A stretch of DNA of 64,000 nucleotides from Candidatus Latescibacterota bacterium (GCA_965200315.1 OZ241362.1:3584001-3648000), one strand, 5' to 3'; shown: positions 29,091 to 38,087, numbered from the stretch's first letter. Made by a program: numbers and translations. The notes: generated from the sequence alone by a model not told the origin.

Positions 29091-30260
29091 CTAGCGACCG
29101 ACGATCGGCGGCAGGTTGGTCGCCGGGCAGGCGCGGGGGCCTTGGACTGGATAGCCCATATCCGCGAGGACGCAGTTGATTTGGGCCTCTAGCTTGATCA
29201 GGTACTCCTGTTCGTACGCGCTGCTCGACGCACGCGCTGGGCCTACGTCAAAGCCGCGAGCCGCCACGCCGGTCTTAAAGCCCTCTGGGAAGTTGACCCC
29301 GAGGAGCATCAAGTTGATGAGATCGAGGATGCGGTATTGCAGTTCGCGGGCCCGCTCGATGTCGCCGCTTTTGGCCTTTTCATACAGCTCGACGATCACC
29401 TCCGGGACGATGCCCGAGGTGGCGATGGTCCCCCCACTGGCACCCATGAGCACCGCGGGAAATACGATCTCCTCGCAACCGGTCAGCACCACGTAGTCGG
29501 GGCGCTGTTGGCGCAGGCGGTTCATGGTGTTGAGCAGTCGCGGCAGGTCGCGGCTGGAGTCCTTGGTCCCGCAGAGCCGCTCGTAGGGCAAGAGCCGCTC
29601 CAGCAAATCTATCGACAGCTCTTGGGTAAATCGCGGAATATTACACAGCAGGATGTCCAGCGGCGATTCTTCGGCGATTTCAGCGAAGTACTCGAAGAGG
29701 CTCTCGGTGGAAATCTCGTAGTAATAGGGGGGCATCAGCGCAATGGCATCCACGCCGAGTGAGGCATAGTATTCGGCCATCTTGAGCACGTCGCGCAAGT
29801 TGGCCTCGCCGGCTCCGGCCAGTACGGGTACACGGCCCTTGTTAACCTCGCAGACCAGTCGCACCACGTCTTGGCGCTCCTCCGGCGACAGGCGTGCGAA
29901 CTCGCCCGTGCTGCCGTTGGGGTACAGCCCATGGATCCCGACCTCGATCAGCCAGTTGATGTAGCGCTCCATCTCGGCGTGGTTGATCTCGTTCTGGCGG
30001 TCGAAAAGGACGACATTGGGGCAGAAGATGCCAGCAAATGCCTGGCGGCCGGCGGCGCGAGGCACTGCTGGTGCCGGTGCTGGCGTTGGGGTGGCTTGGC
30101 GGTCAGCCTCCCGGCGGACGATCTCAACGCCTTGGACGCGCAAAAAATCCTGCGCCGAGGGCGTCAGCTTGGACCCCGGGCCGATTTCGACCTCCCGTGC
30201 GCCAGACAGGCGACCCTCCAAGGTCTGAGCGGTAATTACAGCGTCGTCAATCCGAACCAT
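29091..30260 (-). CDS. DHDPS/NAL-family aldolase with N-terminal BMC-associated domain
   Basis: NGSTGEF, PPYY, CNIP, KDSS; ~70-aa N-terminal extension VITA..LTPSAQDFL plus Pro/Ala linker. Confidence 0.85.
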   Translation of the reverse strand: MVRIDDAVITAQTLEGRLSGAREVEIGPGSKLTPSAQDFLRVQGVEIVRREADRQATPTPAPAPAVPRAAGRQAFAGIFCPNVVLFDRQNEINHAEMERYINWLIEVGIHGLYPNGSTGEFARLSPEERQDVVRLVCEVNKGRVPVLAGAGEANLRDVLKMAEYYASLGVDAIALMPPYYYEISTESLFEYFAEIAEESPLDILLCNIPRFTQELSIDLLERLLPYERLCGTKDSSRDLPRLLNTMNRLRQQRPDYVVLTGCEEIVFPAVLMGASGGTIATSGIVPEVIVELYEKAKSGDIERARELQYRILDLINLMLLGVNFPEGFKTGVAARGFDVGPARASSSAYEQEYLIKLEAQINCVLADMGYPVQGPRACPATNLPPIVGR

Positions 30261-30274
30261 TTTTCGAGTCCTCG

Positions 30275-31423
30275 CTAAACGTGCGGCAGGCGGCCTTCGA
30301 GGCCGCTGTAGGGCTGCGGAATGGCGTAGGCCGAGGCCAGCTCTCCGTGGGCGATGGCCTCCTGCCGGCCCGCCTCTATGGCGACCTGCACGGCACCGAC
30401 ATCGCCGCGCACGACGGCGGCCGTCAAGTAGTACCCCACCTTGTAGGCCCCTTCGTATTCGACGGCCGCGGCCTTGAGCATTCGATCCACGGCCCGCACC
30501 AAGGCCACGGTGCTGCGCGTCTCAATCAGCCCCATCGCCTGCCGCGCACCCGAGCCCAAGCCCTCGGCCGCGGTGGCAAAGCGGGCGACTAACGAGGAAT
30601 CGGGCCTAGAGACTACGGCCGAGGCGTCGAGCTCGCCCAAGGCCGTGGCGGCCGCAACACCAGCGCGTACCGCAGCCTGCACATCGTCGAGCTGACCGGT
30701 AGCCAGCGCGGCAATTCGCCCGCCGCTGCCAATGCTCAAGCGCTCGATTTGGACATCCGCAGCCTTGAGCATGGCGTCCGCACTGCCTACGACCGCCGCG
30801 TAACCAATGGTCTCTATGAGGCCCAAGGCACCGGTAGAGCGCGGCGCAGCCGCTGGCGCGGGCGGCAACAGAGGGCCTAGCCCCTCGCTGGGCTGAGGCA
30901 AAACGAGGGTCGCGTACACGGTGCCGATCCGCTCGGCTGCTTGTCGGCCGACTTCTAGCGCCGTCTGCACGGCCGCCACATCGCCAAAAACGGGCGCGTG
31001 ACACAGGGCACCGCCGATGAAGGCCCAACCCCCTAGCTCCACTTGCGCGGCCTTGAGCATGGCGTCGGCACCGGCCACCAGAGGCGTCAGGCCCTGCGTC
31101 TCCAACAGACCAATCGCCCGCGGCTGGACCTGCTCGGCACCGAGGCCGGTCGCATGGGGCATGGCATCCACGGCGCGCGCATCCGGCCGCGGCACCACTT
31201 GTGCGCCAATCAGTTCACCGGTGCGGTTCGCCTCTACCTCGCCAACGCGAATGGCCGCCTCTACATCAGCCACTTGGCCGGCGATTACTGCGGTGAGCCA
31301 ACCCGAGCCAATCCCGTGCCGGCCGCAAAGTCGCACCTCAGCGGCCTTGAGCATGGCATCGGTAGAAGCCATCAGCGACGCCATGCCGCGCGTCTCCAGT
31401 ACACCGATTGCCCCGCTAGACAC
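30275..31423 (-). CDS. BMC shell protein with four tandem BMC domains
   Basis: Four repeats of G(L/V)(L/I)ET..D(A/R)MLKAA..G.V..V..A..(P/S)(R/Q)P. Confidence 0.88.
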   Translation of the reverse strand: MSSGAIGVLETRGMASLMASTDAMLKAAEVRLCGRHGIGSGWLTAVIAGQVADVEAAIRVGEVEANRTGELIGAQVVPRPDARAVDAMPHATGLGAEQVQPRAIGLLETQGLTPLVAGADAMLKAAQVELGGWAFIGGALCHAPVFGDVAAVQTALEVGRQAAERIGTVYATLVLPQPSEGLGPLLPPAPAAAPRSTGALGLIETIGYAAVVGSADAMLKAADVQIERLSIGSGGRIAALATGQLDDVQAAVRAGVAAATALGELDASAVVSRPDSSLVARFATAAEGLGSGARQAMGLIETRSTVALVRAVDRMLKAAAVEYEGAYKVGYYLTAAVVRGDVGAVQVAIEAGRQEAIAHGELASAYAIPQPYSGLEGRLPHV

Positions 31424-32000
31424 CGCCCCCTCCCATCGGCATGGCGTATGCGGCCAAGACCTCGGGCCGCGGCTGTGGGATCAGGGCCGTGCCCAGCAAG
31501 CGCTCGCAGCCCGCGAGCAACTTTTGCGCGACAGCTATGGCTTCGGTGACGGCCCCTATGTCTCCCAAGACCAGCGAACACACCACGCGGTCGTGGACCG
31601 TCAGCACATTGATTACCTCGACGGCAGCCGTCTTGACCATCTGATCGTTCGTGTAAATGTGGGCCCCGTAGCCGCGCGTCTCGACCAACCCTAGGGCACC
31701 AGCGGGAAAGTCGCTGTCGGAGCGGAGCGGAAAATCGACGAAATGACTGCAGGCGGCGGCAGGTTGATGGAGAGGCACGGCCACTACGTGTTCTACCACG
31801 CTGCGGGCCGCTTCTTCACCGCTTTGCAGCGCGGCCGCCACATCGCTGATTGACCCGGTGAAAAAAGCCGTGGTATAGCCGCCGATTGACGCCCAACCCG
31901 CGAGCTTTATGTCCGCGGCCTTGCAGGCCGCATCCGCACCCACAATGGCCGCGGCCACGCCCGCCACCTCGATCATGCCGACTGCCGGGTCGCCCGCCAT
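31416..32000 (-). CDS. Tandem (two-domain) BMC shell protein
   Basis: GMIEVAG..DAACKAA and GLVETRG..DQMVKTA..IPQP; overlaps the start of the next gene. Confidence 0.85.
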   Translation of the reverse strand: MAGDPAVGMIEVAGVAAAIVGADAACKAADIKLAGWASIGGYTTAFFTGSISDVAAALQSGEEAARSVVEHVVAVPLHQPAAACSHFVDFPLRSDSDFPAGALGLVETRGYGAHIYTNDQMVKTAAVEVINVLTVHDRVVCSLVLGDIGAVTEAIAVAQKLLAGCERLLGTALIPQPRPEVLAAYAMPMGGGGV

Positions 32001-32003
32001 AGC

Positions 32004-32432
32004 TCAGTCTGCCAGCCGGTGAACGACTAGCTCGGTGATCTGCTCAATTAAGGCTTCTGGATCGGTGGCTCGGCCCTGCTCGATTTGTTGCAAAAGCGTC
32101 TTGTAGCGGTTGCAACCCTCGCAACTCGCCTCCGGGTCGCCCGCCTGCTTGCGCTCGTGGACGGCGCAATCGCCACAGTGCGCCGGCTCGACGTACCCCG
32201 AGCCAAATTCCTCGTGCTGGCAGCCACAGGCGCGGTCGGGATGCTCGCACCGGCCCGCGTCCGCAACGGCCTCGCCGCGACTTAGCTGCAAGCGGTGCTG
32301 GCGGATGTAATCCCAAGCCGTTGGCGTCAAGATGGCGCTGGGGGCTACGCTGAGCATCCGCTCGCCCTTGTGCTCGCGCCCGAGCAAATCGCCAGTGACG
32401 ACCGGGGCACCAATGTGCAAAGCCTCAGCCAA
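32004..32432 (-). CDS. BMC-associated Cys-rich protein with putative C-terminal encapsulation peptide
   Basis: [15 protein letters not shown] domain; CEH..ACGC..HCGDC..CEGC; [17 protein letters not shown] amphipathic helix. Confidence 0.7.
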   Translation of the reverse strand: MAEALHIGAPVVTGDLLGREHKGERMLSVAPSAILTPTAWDYIRQHRLQLSRGEAVADAGRCEHPDRACGCQHEEFGSGYVEPAHCGDCAVHERKQAGDPEASCEGCNRYKTLLQQIEQGRATDPEALIEQITELVVHRLAD

Positions 32433-32688
32433 TATGGTCTGTCAACCCCTCAACCGGGCGGGGAATCACGTGGACGCTGCGCAGCTCGCCGATGCGCTGG
32501 GCGGCTTGCGCTCCTGCATCTACGGCCGCTTTGACAGCCGCTACGTCGCCTTCGACCAGCACGGCGATTAGGCCACTGCCCACGCGCTTTTGGCCCGCAT
32601 AGCTCACGTCGGCGGTCTTCAACATGGCGTCGAGGGCTTCGACGACGCAGACCAGACCGCGGGTTTCGACCATGCCCAATGCTTTCAT
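32425..32688 (-). CDS. BMC-H hexameric shell protein (PduA/EutM-like)
   Basis: [39 protein letters not shown]. Confidence 0.95.
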   Translation of the reverse strand: MKALGMVETRGLVCVVEALDAMLKTADVSYAGQKRVGSGLIAVLVEGDVAAVKAAVDAGAQAAQRIGELRSVHVIPRPVEGLTDHIG

Positions 32689-32704
32689 TATTTATCTCCT
32701 CTAC

Positions 32705-33265
32705 CTACAAGTACAGCGCGATGAGATCGTCGTGGGGGCGGGGAATCACGTGCTGCGACACGAGCTCGCCCACGCGCTCAGCCGACTCAGCGCCGGCACT
32801 GACTGCAGCCTGCACCGAGCCGACGTCGCCGCTGACCATGGCGGTGATGTACCCGCCGCCGATGTCTTGGAGCTTGACGACCTCCACATCGGCGGCCTTG
32901 CTCATGGCGTCGGCTGCTTCGATCACGCCGATGGATCCCTTCGTCTCAATGAAGCCCAAGGCGCGAGTGCGGCCATCGCGGTCGCCGCGGTCACCGCACT
33001 CGGGCACGACGGCCGTCAACTCGCTGTGCGGGCGGGGAATCACGTGGACCGAATGCACCTCTCCGACCTTGGCCGCCGCGGTCGAACCAGCATCCACGGC
33101 CGACTTGACGGCCGCCACATCGCCCGAGCAAAACACGGTCACCAAGCCGGAGCCAACTCTATCCCAGCCCAAAAGCTGTACGCTGGCGGCCTTGGCCATG
33201 GCGTCGCCGGCCTCGACGACCCCGACCAGCCCCACAGTTTCTACCATACCTATTGCATCCGACAT
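32705..33265 (-). CDS. Tandem (two-domain) BMC shell protein
   Basis: Two canonical PduA-like domains, each ending HVIPRPH. Confidence 0.92.
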   Translation of the reverse strand: MSDAIGMVETVGLVGVVEAGDAMAKAASVQLLGWDRVGSGLVTVFCSGDVAAVKSAVDAGSTAAAKVGEVHSVHVIPRPHSELTAVVPECGDRGDRDGRTRALGFIETKGSIGVIEAADAMSKAADVEVVKLQDIGGGYITAMVSGDVGSVQAAVSAGAESAERVGELVSQHVIPRPHDDLIALYL

Positions 33266-33302
33266 CCCTTACCTCCTGAAGTAATTGTGCGGATTTTTGC
33301 GT

Positions 33303-33974
33303 TCAACGCTCCAAATATACCTTGCGGGCGTGTACCAAATCAATCGCATTGCCCTCGTCCGTGTCGATGTGAACTTCTAGACGCTCGCGGTCGCTGACTC
33401 GGCAGATTAGGCCTTCCAGCACCCCGCCCTGATCGCCTTCTACTACCAGCCGCAGCAAGTCCCCCGGGCCGACCCCGTAGTACGCAGCCTCGGCCGGGTT
33501 TAGATGCACGTGGCGGGCGGCCCGAATCACCCCGCGATCCAATTCCAGCCCTCCGGCCGGCCCCACCAAGTAGCAGCCCGGCGTCCCCTCGACGTTGCCG
33601 CTGAGCCGCACCGGTGCGTCAATGCCCAAAAAGCGGGCCTCCGTAAAGGCCAGCTCCACTTGGTTGTAAGCGCGCAATGGGCCGAGGATGCGGACATTGG
33701 GAATCACCTGCTTGCGCGGGCCGAAAACCGCCACCGTCTGCTCGGCGGCAAAAGCCCCTTCTTGGTACAGGGCCTTCTGCACGGTTAGCTTGGCACCCGC
33801 GCCGAAGAGCGCGTCGAGGGCCTCTTGGTTGAGGTGGACGTGGCGGGCGGACATATTGACGACCAGCCTCGGGGCCGGGGGTGCCTGCTCTAGCTGAGCG
33901 TCGGGCAAATGATCGTACACCACCCGGCGCACCAACGCCTCAATCTGCTGGCGGTCCAATCTAGCCGCTTCCAT
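33303..33974 (-). CDS. pduL: PduL phosphotransacylase with N-terminal encapsulation peptide
   Basis: SARHVHL, RILGPLR, RLSG, ARHVH, HIDTDEGNA; QIEALVRRVV helix. Confidence 0.93.
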   Translation of the reverse strand: MEAARLDRQQIEALVRRVVYDHLPDAQLEQAPPAPRLVVNMSARHVHLNQEALDALFGAGAKLTVQKALYQEGAFAAEQTVAVFGPRKQVIPNVRILGPLRAYNQVELAFTEARFLGIDAPVRLSGNVEGTPGCYLVGPAGGLELDRGVIRAARHVHLNPAEAAYYGVGPGDLLRLVVEGDQGGVLEGLICRVSDRERLEVHIDTDEGNAIDLVHARKVYLER

Positions 33975-33977
33975 TGC

Positions 33978-34292
33978 CTACCTCTCGCGGCTCAGTTGCC
34001 GACAGTCGAAGTCCTTGCCCATAGCCTGTAGCGAATCGACGATCCCGACGATTACCGCGTCGGTTGGCACATCACCCAAGTTCGGGGCGATCCGCGACGA
34101 GCTGCCCTGCACCAAAATCACCAACTCGCCCTTGCCAGCTTGCACCGCGTCGATGCAGACCATATCCCGCCCGGTCAGCACCAGACCATGCTCGCGCACC
34201 GACGCGATTTCGACCACTAAGAGTTTCTTGCCGTGCAGGCTCGGGACCTTGGCCGTGGAAACCAGATGCCCTTTGACTTGGCCCAAGAGCAT
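33978..34292 (-). CDS. eutN: BMC-P vertex protein (EutN/CcmL)
   Basis: G.V.G.LVST.K, KLLVV, DAVQAG.GE.V, GSSSR, DAVIVGIVD. Confidence 0.93.
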   Translation of the reverse strand: MLLGQVKGHLVSTAKVPSLHGKKLLVVEIASVREHGLVLTGRDMVCIDAVQAGKGELVILVQGSSSRIAPNLGDVPTDAVIVGIVDSLQAMGKDFDCRQLSRER

Positions 34293-35698
34293 CAGGTGAT
34301 GCGGAAGTAGTCCACGAGGGCGCAGCGGCGCTGGCGGGTAAAGGTGCGCGGCGACGTCAGCCCCTCGCCCGTAGGCCCGGCGATGGAGTACGTCCCAAAG
34401 CCCTCGCCGCCCAAGCCAACCCCGGCGTAGGAAGGACCGTTCTTGACGAAAATGGTGGTATCCACGGCGCGGGCCATGTTGTGCATGTTTTCGATGTTGC
34501 GCGAATGGATCACGGCCGTGTGCCCGTAGCCGTGCTCGGAGATGACGGCCTCGCGGATGGCTTGGTCAATGCTGGGCACACGCACAATCGGCAGAAAGGG
34601 CATCATCTGCTCCTCGCGCACGAAGACATGGTTGGCGTCCGTCTCGCCAACGAGCATGCGCAGCGACGAGTCGAGCCGCAGGCCGATGCGCTCGCCCAGC
34701 ACGGCAGCGTCGCGCCCCACCAACTCGCGGTTCGCTGCGAGATGCCCGTCTGGCCCTGTGCCAAAGGCCACCTGCGCGAGGGCCTCGATCTGCCGCGCAT
34801 CGAGCTCGTACGCGTTGTATTGGACCATCTGCCGCTTGAGCTCGTCGGCAATGGAAGCGACGGCAAAGACTTGCTTCTCGCCGATGCAGAGGATGTTGTT
34901 GTCGAAGGCCCCCCCGTCGATGATGTCGCGTGCGGCCTTGGCCAAATCGGCCGTTTCATCGACGACCACGGGCGGATTGCCCGGCCCGGCGATGATGGCC
35001 TTTTTGGGGCTGCCCAGCGCGGCCTTGGCCACGCCCGGCCCGCCGGTGACCAGCAGGAGGCAGATGCCCGGGTGGTTGAACAGTTCGTTGGCCGTCTCAA
35101 TGGTCGGCGTTTCGACCGCGGTTACTAAGTTGGCCGGCCCGCCAGCCGCGCCGATGGCTTGATTGATCAAGCCCACCGCGAACATGGAGACCTTTCTACC
35201 CGCCGGATGTACGTTGAAGACGACTGAGTTGCCGGCGGCGACAATGCAAATGGCGTTGTTGACCATCGTCGGCACGGGATGCGTCGATGGAGTAACCGCG
35301 CCGATGACCCCGTAGGGAGCCATTTCGACTACGGTCAGCCCGTGATCGCCGGTCCACGAAATCGCCTCTAGGTCTTCGACGCCGGGCGTGGTGTCGGCCG
35401 CGACTTGGTGCTTGATGATCTTGTCGTCCAATCGCCCCATGCCCGTCTCGGCCAAGGCTCGCCGCGAAAACTCCTCGGCGTGGGCGTACGCTGTCTGCCG
35501 CAGGGCCTCGACGATCTTTTTGCGCTCCTCCAGCGACAAGGCGACCAACTGCTGCTGGGCGCGGGTCGCGCCTTGAACGGCCGCGTCAATCGTCGCGAAG
35601 ACCCCAGTGTCCCCGCCCTCGCTGCCACCGCTGACGACGCGCTGCACCACTTCTTCGACTATTTTGCGTACGTGTTCTTCGCTGACATTTTGGGACAC
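34292..35698 (-). CDS. CoA-acylating aldehyde dehydrogenase (EutE/PduP-like) with N-terminal encapsulation peptide
   Basis: PYGVIGAVTPSTHP, TGGPGV, GPGNPPVVVD, FDNNILCIGEK, EQMMP, PTGEG; VRKIVEEVVQRV helix. Confidence 0.93.
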   Translation of the reverse strand: MSQNVSEEHVRKIVEEVVQRVVSGGSEGGDTGVFATIDAAVQGATRAQQQLVALSLEERKKIVEALRQTAYAHAEEFSRRALAETGMGRLDDKIIKHQVAADTTPGVEDLEAISWTGDHGLTVVEMAPYGVIGAVTPSTHPVPTMVNNAICIVAAGNSVVFNVHPAGRKVSMFAVGLINQAIGAAGGPANLVTAVETPTIETANELFNHPGICLLLVTGGPGVAKAALGSPKKAIIAGPGNPPVVVDETADLAKAARDIIDGGAFDNNILCIGEKQVFAVASIADELKRQMVQYNAYELDARQIEALAQVAFGTGPDGHLAANRELVGRDAAVLGERIGLRLDSSLRMLVGETDANHVFVREEQMMPFLPIVRVPSIDQAIREAVISEHGYGHTAVIHSRNIENMHNMARAVDTTIFVKNGPSYAGVGLGGEGFGTYSIAGPTGEGLTSPRTFTRQRRCALVDYFRIT

Positions 35699-35838
35699 GC
35701 TTTTTTCCTCGCGTTGGATCTAAATATTTTAAGAATGGGGAAAATAGGCGGCCCCACTCTGAGCGTCAAGGTCATTTGACGGGCTGCTAGGCCTGCCTTA
35801 AGGTTTGTGCAAGTGCTGGAAAAACAAAGGAGAAAGAC

Positions 35839-36642
35839 ATGCGCATCATCCGCTTTATCGACGCTGACGACGCCGTCCGGTGGGGCCTCAAAGCCGAGGG
35901 CGGCCAAGCCTCCGTTCTCGCCGGCGATATCTTCGCCGAACTAGTGCCGACCGGCGAACAAGTGTCCGTCAAAAGACTGCTCGCTCCGCTGGCCCCGACC
36001 AACATTTTCTGCATTGGGCTAAACTACCGAGAGCACGCGGCCGAATCCGGCCTCGAACCGCCCGAGCAGCCCGTCGTCTTTGCCAAGCCCACGAGCGCGG
36101 TCTGCGGCCCGGGCGACCCGATTTTGCTGCCAGCCTGCTGCCGCCGCGGCCCGGAAGTTGACTACGAGTGCGAGCTCGCGGTGGTAATCGGCAAGGCCGC
36201 CCGCAATGTGGCGCGGGCCGACGCCCTCAGCTACGTGCTCGGATATACGTGCGCCAACGACGTCTCGGCCCGCAAGTGGCAGCTCCACGGCGGCGGCGGC
36301 CAGTGGATCCGCGGCAAGGGCTTTGACACCTTTTGCCCTTTGGGACCGGTGCTGGTCACAGCCGACGAAATCCCCGACCCGCAAACCCTCGGCATCCGCA
36401 CGATCCTCAACGGCGCGACCATGCAGGACCACACCACCGGCGACATGATCTTCACGGTCGCCGAACTGATCGAATTCCTCAGCCAAGATACGACCTTGCT
36501 GCCGGGCACGGTCATCCTCACCGGCACTCCGCAGGGCGTGGGTTTTGCGCGCAAACCTCCCGTGTGGCTCGCAGCCGGCGACGAGGTCATCGTCGAAATA
36601 GATCAGATCGGCCAATTGCAAAACCCGGTGGAAGCGGCCTAG
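35839..36642 (+). CDS. Fumarylacetoacetate hydrolase family protein
   Basis: IGLNYREH, DYECEL, NDVSAR, GKGFDTF, TGTP.GVG. Confidence 0.92.
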   Translation: MRIIRFIDADDAVRWGLKAEGGQASVLAGDIFAELVPTGEQVSVKRLLAPLAPTNIFCIGLNYREHAAESGLEPPEQPVVFAKPTSAVCGPGDPILLPACCRRGPEVDYECELAVVIGKAARNVARADALSYVLGYTCANDVSARKWQLHGGGGQWIRGKGFDTFCPLGPVLVTADEIPDPQTLGIRTILNGATMQDHTTGDMIFTVAELIEFLSQDTTLLPGTVILTGTPQGVGFARKPPVWLAAGDEVIVEIDQIGQLQNPVEAA

Positions 36643-36645
36643 CGC

Positions 36646-36966
36646 TCACGCTTCCTTGAACATTCCGAAGGCAAAGGCTTCGGGTAGCTCCTCAAAGATA
36701 ATCTCCCCCTCGTCGTCGGTCTCCAACAACTGGGCCATGTAGTCGTACCATTTTTCTAGGATGGGAACTTGGCGGCTCTTGAGCCAGTGTTCCTCGGTCG
36801 GGGCGACCGCGTGGATGACGAGGTGTTCGCCCAAGCGGTAGATAGCCATGCTGACCTCGTTGTCGGTCATGCTGTCGGCGATTTCGGGCCACAGGTCGTC
36901 GTGGGCCTGTTTGTACTCGGCGTACGCATTGGGGCGCAGCCGCATGGCCAAGCCAATTGAATACAT
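36646..36966 (-). CDS. rhaM: L-rhamnose/fucose mutarotase family
   Basis: EYKQAHDDLWPE motif, KWYDYM, 106 aa. Confidence 0.75.
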   Translation of the reverse strand: MYSIGLAMRLRPNAYAEYKQAHDDLWPEIADSMTDNEVSMAIYRLGEHLVIHAVAPTEEHWLKSRQVPILEKWYDYMAQLLETDDEGEIIFEELPEAFAFGMFKEA

Positions 36967-37099
36967 GATGGTCTCCTTAATCGTTAGGGAATTGATAAAT
37001 ATGCGAATTAATTAAGAGATATTCAGAAAATGACGTAAAGTTCTTTTTTTCTATCTCTTAGCCATTTTTTCCTTGACAATATATCACCTTGAAAGTGAA

Positions 37100-37522
37100 A
37101 CTAAAAGGCAGTCAAAAACCGTGCAAAGTAAATTGCACATCACCAAGGAGAGGAGGGCCTCATACAATGATTCTCTTCACACGTCAATCCTCGTGTAGTC
37201 TCAGGAGCCAGTTCCCCGATGGGAGCGGCCATAAGGTCCCAAACATGCGGGCTACGAACAGCATCCGACCGTTGCGCGTTCGTCCCAATCCCTAGGATAC
37301 ACGCACGACTCTTCAGGTTGTGTGCATCGGCTGGCTAAAACGCACAGCCGAATCGGGAACTCACCTCGCACTCGCATCGTCTTAGGCGATTGATTGCGTG
37401 TGCAAGGGCTTTCCCACAGGGTTTTCGGGACAGTGCTTTCGAGAAGGAGGGCACTTTTGCGTCCCGGAAACCGGCGATACATCGAATCGATTTCGATACA
37501 GCCGCTTTCCAGCGGCTTTTTT
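37100..37522 (+). ncRNA. Candidate structured non-coding RNA / leader (family unknown)
   Basis: TTGACA at 37073; nested stems (37210-20/37352-61, 37254-59/37278-83, 37327-33/37345-51, 37420-31/37461-72) ending in a terminator; no convincing ORF. Confidence 0.35.
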
Positions 37523-37556
37523 GATGGCCGTGGCGCAAAAATGCTGCGGCTTTTTT
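37500..37556 (+). terminator. Two tandem intrinsic terminators
   Basis: agccgct-ttcc-agcggct-T5 and gccgtggcg-caaaaa-tgctgcggc-T6. Confidence 0.65.
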
Positions 37557-37609
37557 CGTTGAATTTCGTCGAACTTCGCACCAATTGAAGATCTGGAGAG
37601 AAACAACTC

Positions 37610-37867
37610 ATGCGCAAAATCGAGCCAGAACGCATCAAGCGCGCGGCGCGCATCTACGCGAGCAACCAAGAAGCCAGCCGTGCGCTGGGTATCGCCCCGG
37701 GCAGTTTCAGCCGGCTCTGCCGGCTCTACAACATCGAAACCCCTTATGCGCGCAAGCGGCGGCGGCGCGAGGAGTTCGGTCGCCAGCGCGACAGCGATCT
37801 CTTAGAAGACATCGACATCGACATGCAAGATATCGAGATGCTAGAGGAAGTTCTCGACCTCAACTAA
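37610..37867 (+). CDS. Small HTH-like protein with acidic tail
   Basis: GGAGAG RBS; EASRALGIAPGSFSRLCRLYNI HTH-like segment; followed by a terminator. Confidence 0.7.
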   Translation: MRKIEPERIKRAARIYASNQEASRALGIAPGSFSRLCRLYNIETPYARKRRRREEFGRQRDSDLLEDIDIDMQDIEMLEEVLDLN

Positions 37868-37892
37868 TAGGCATCACACACTGCGCTCGGCC

Positions 37893-37940
37893 AGCGGGGA
37901 GTTGGTGGACGTTTTCGTCCGCTAGCTCCCCGCTTTTTTT
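37893..37940 (+). terminator. Intrinsic terminator
   Basis: agcggggagttgg...ctagctccccgct followed by a T-tract. Confidence 0.8.
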
Positions 37941-38087
37941 AACAAGCGGTGCGCGACGAGTATTGTAAGGGCAGTTGAAGGGAAAGGGGTGGTGCGAATC
38001 TATGTTGAGGTGGTTCATTTTTGTATATTTTTTGCTGAAAGGAAATTCGCATATCGCGCAATCAAACGACAAGAGAAGAGGGTTGCC

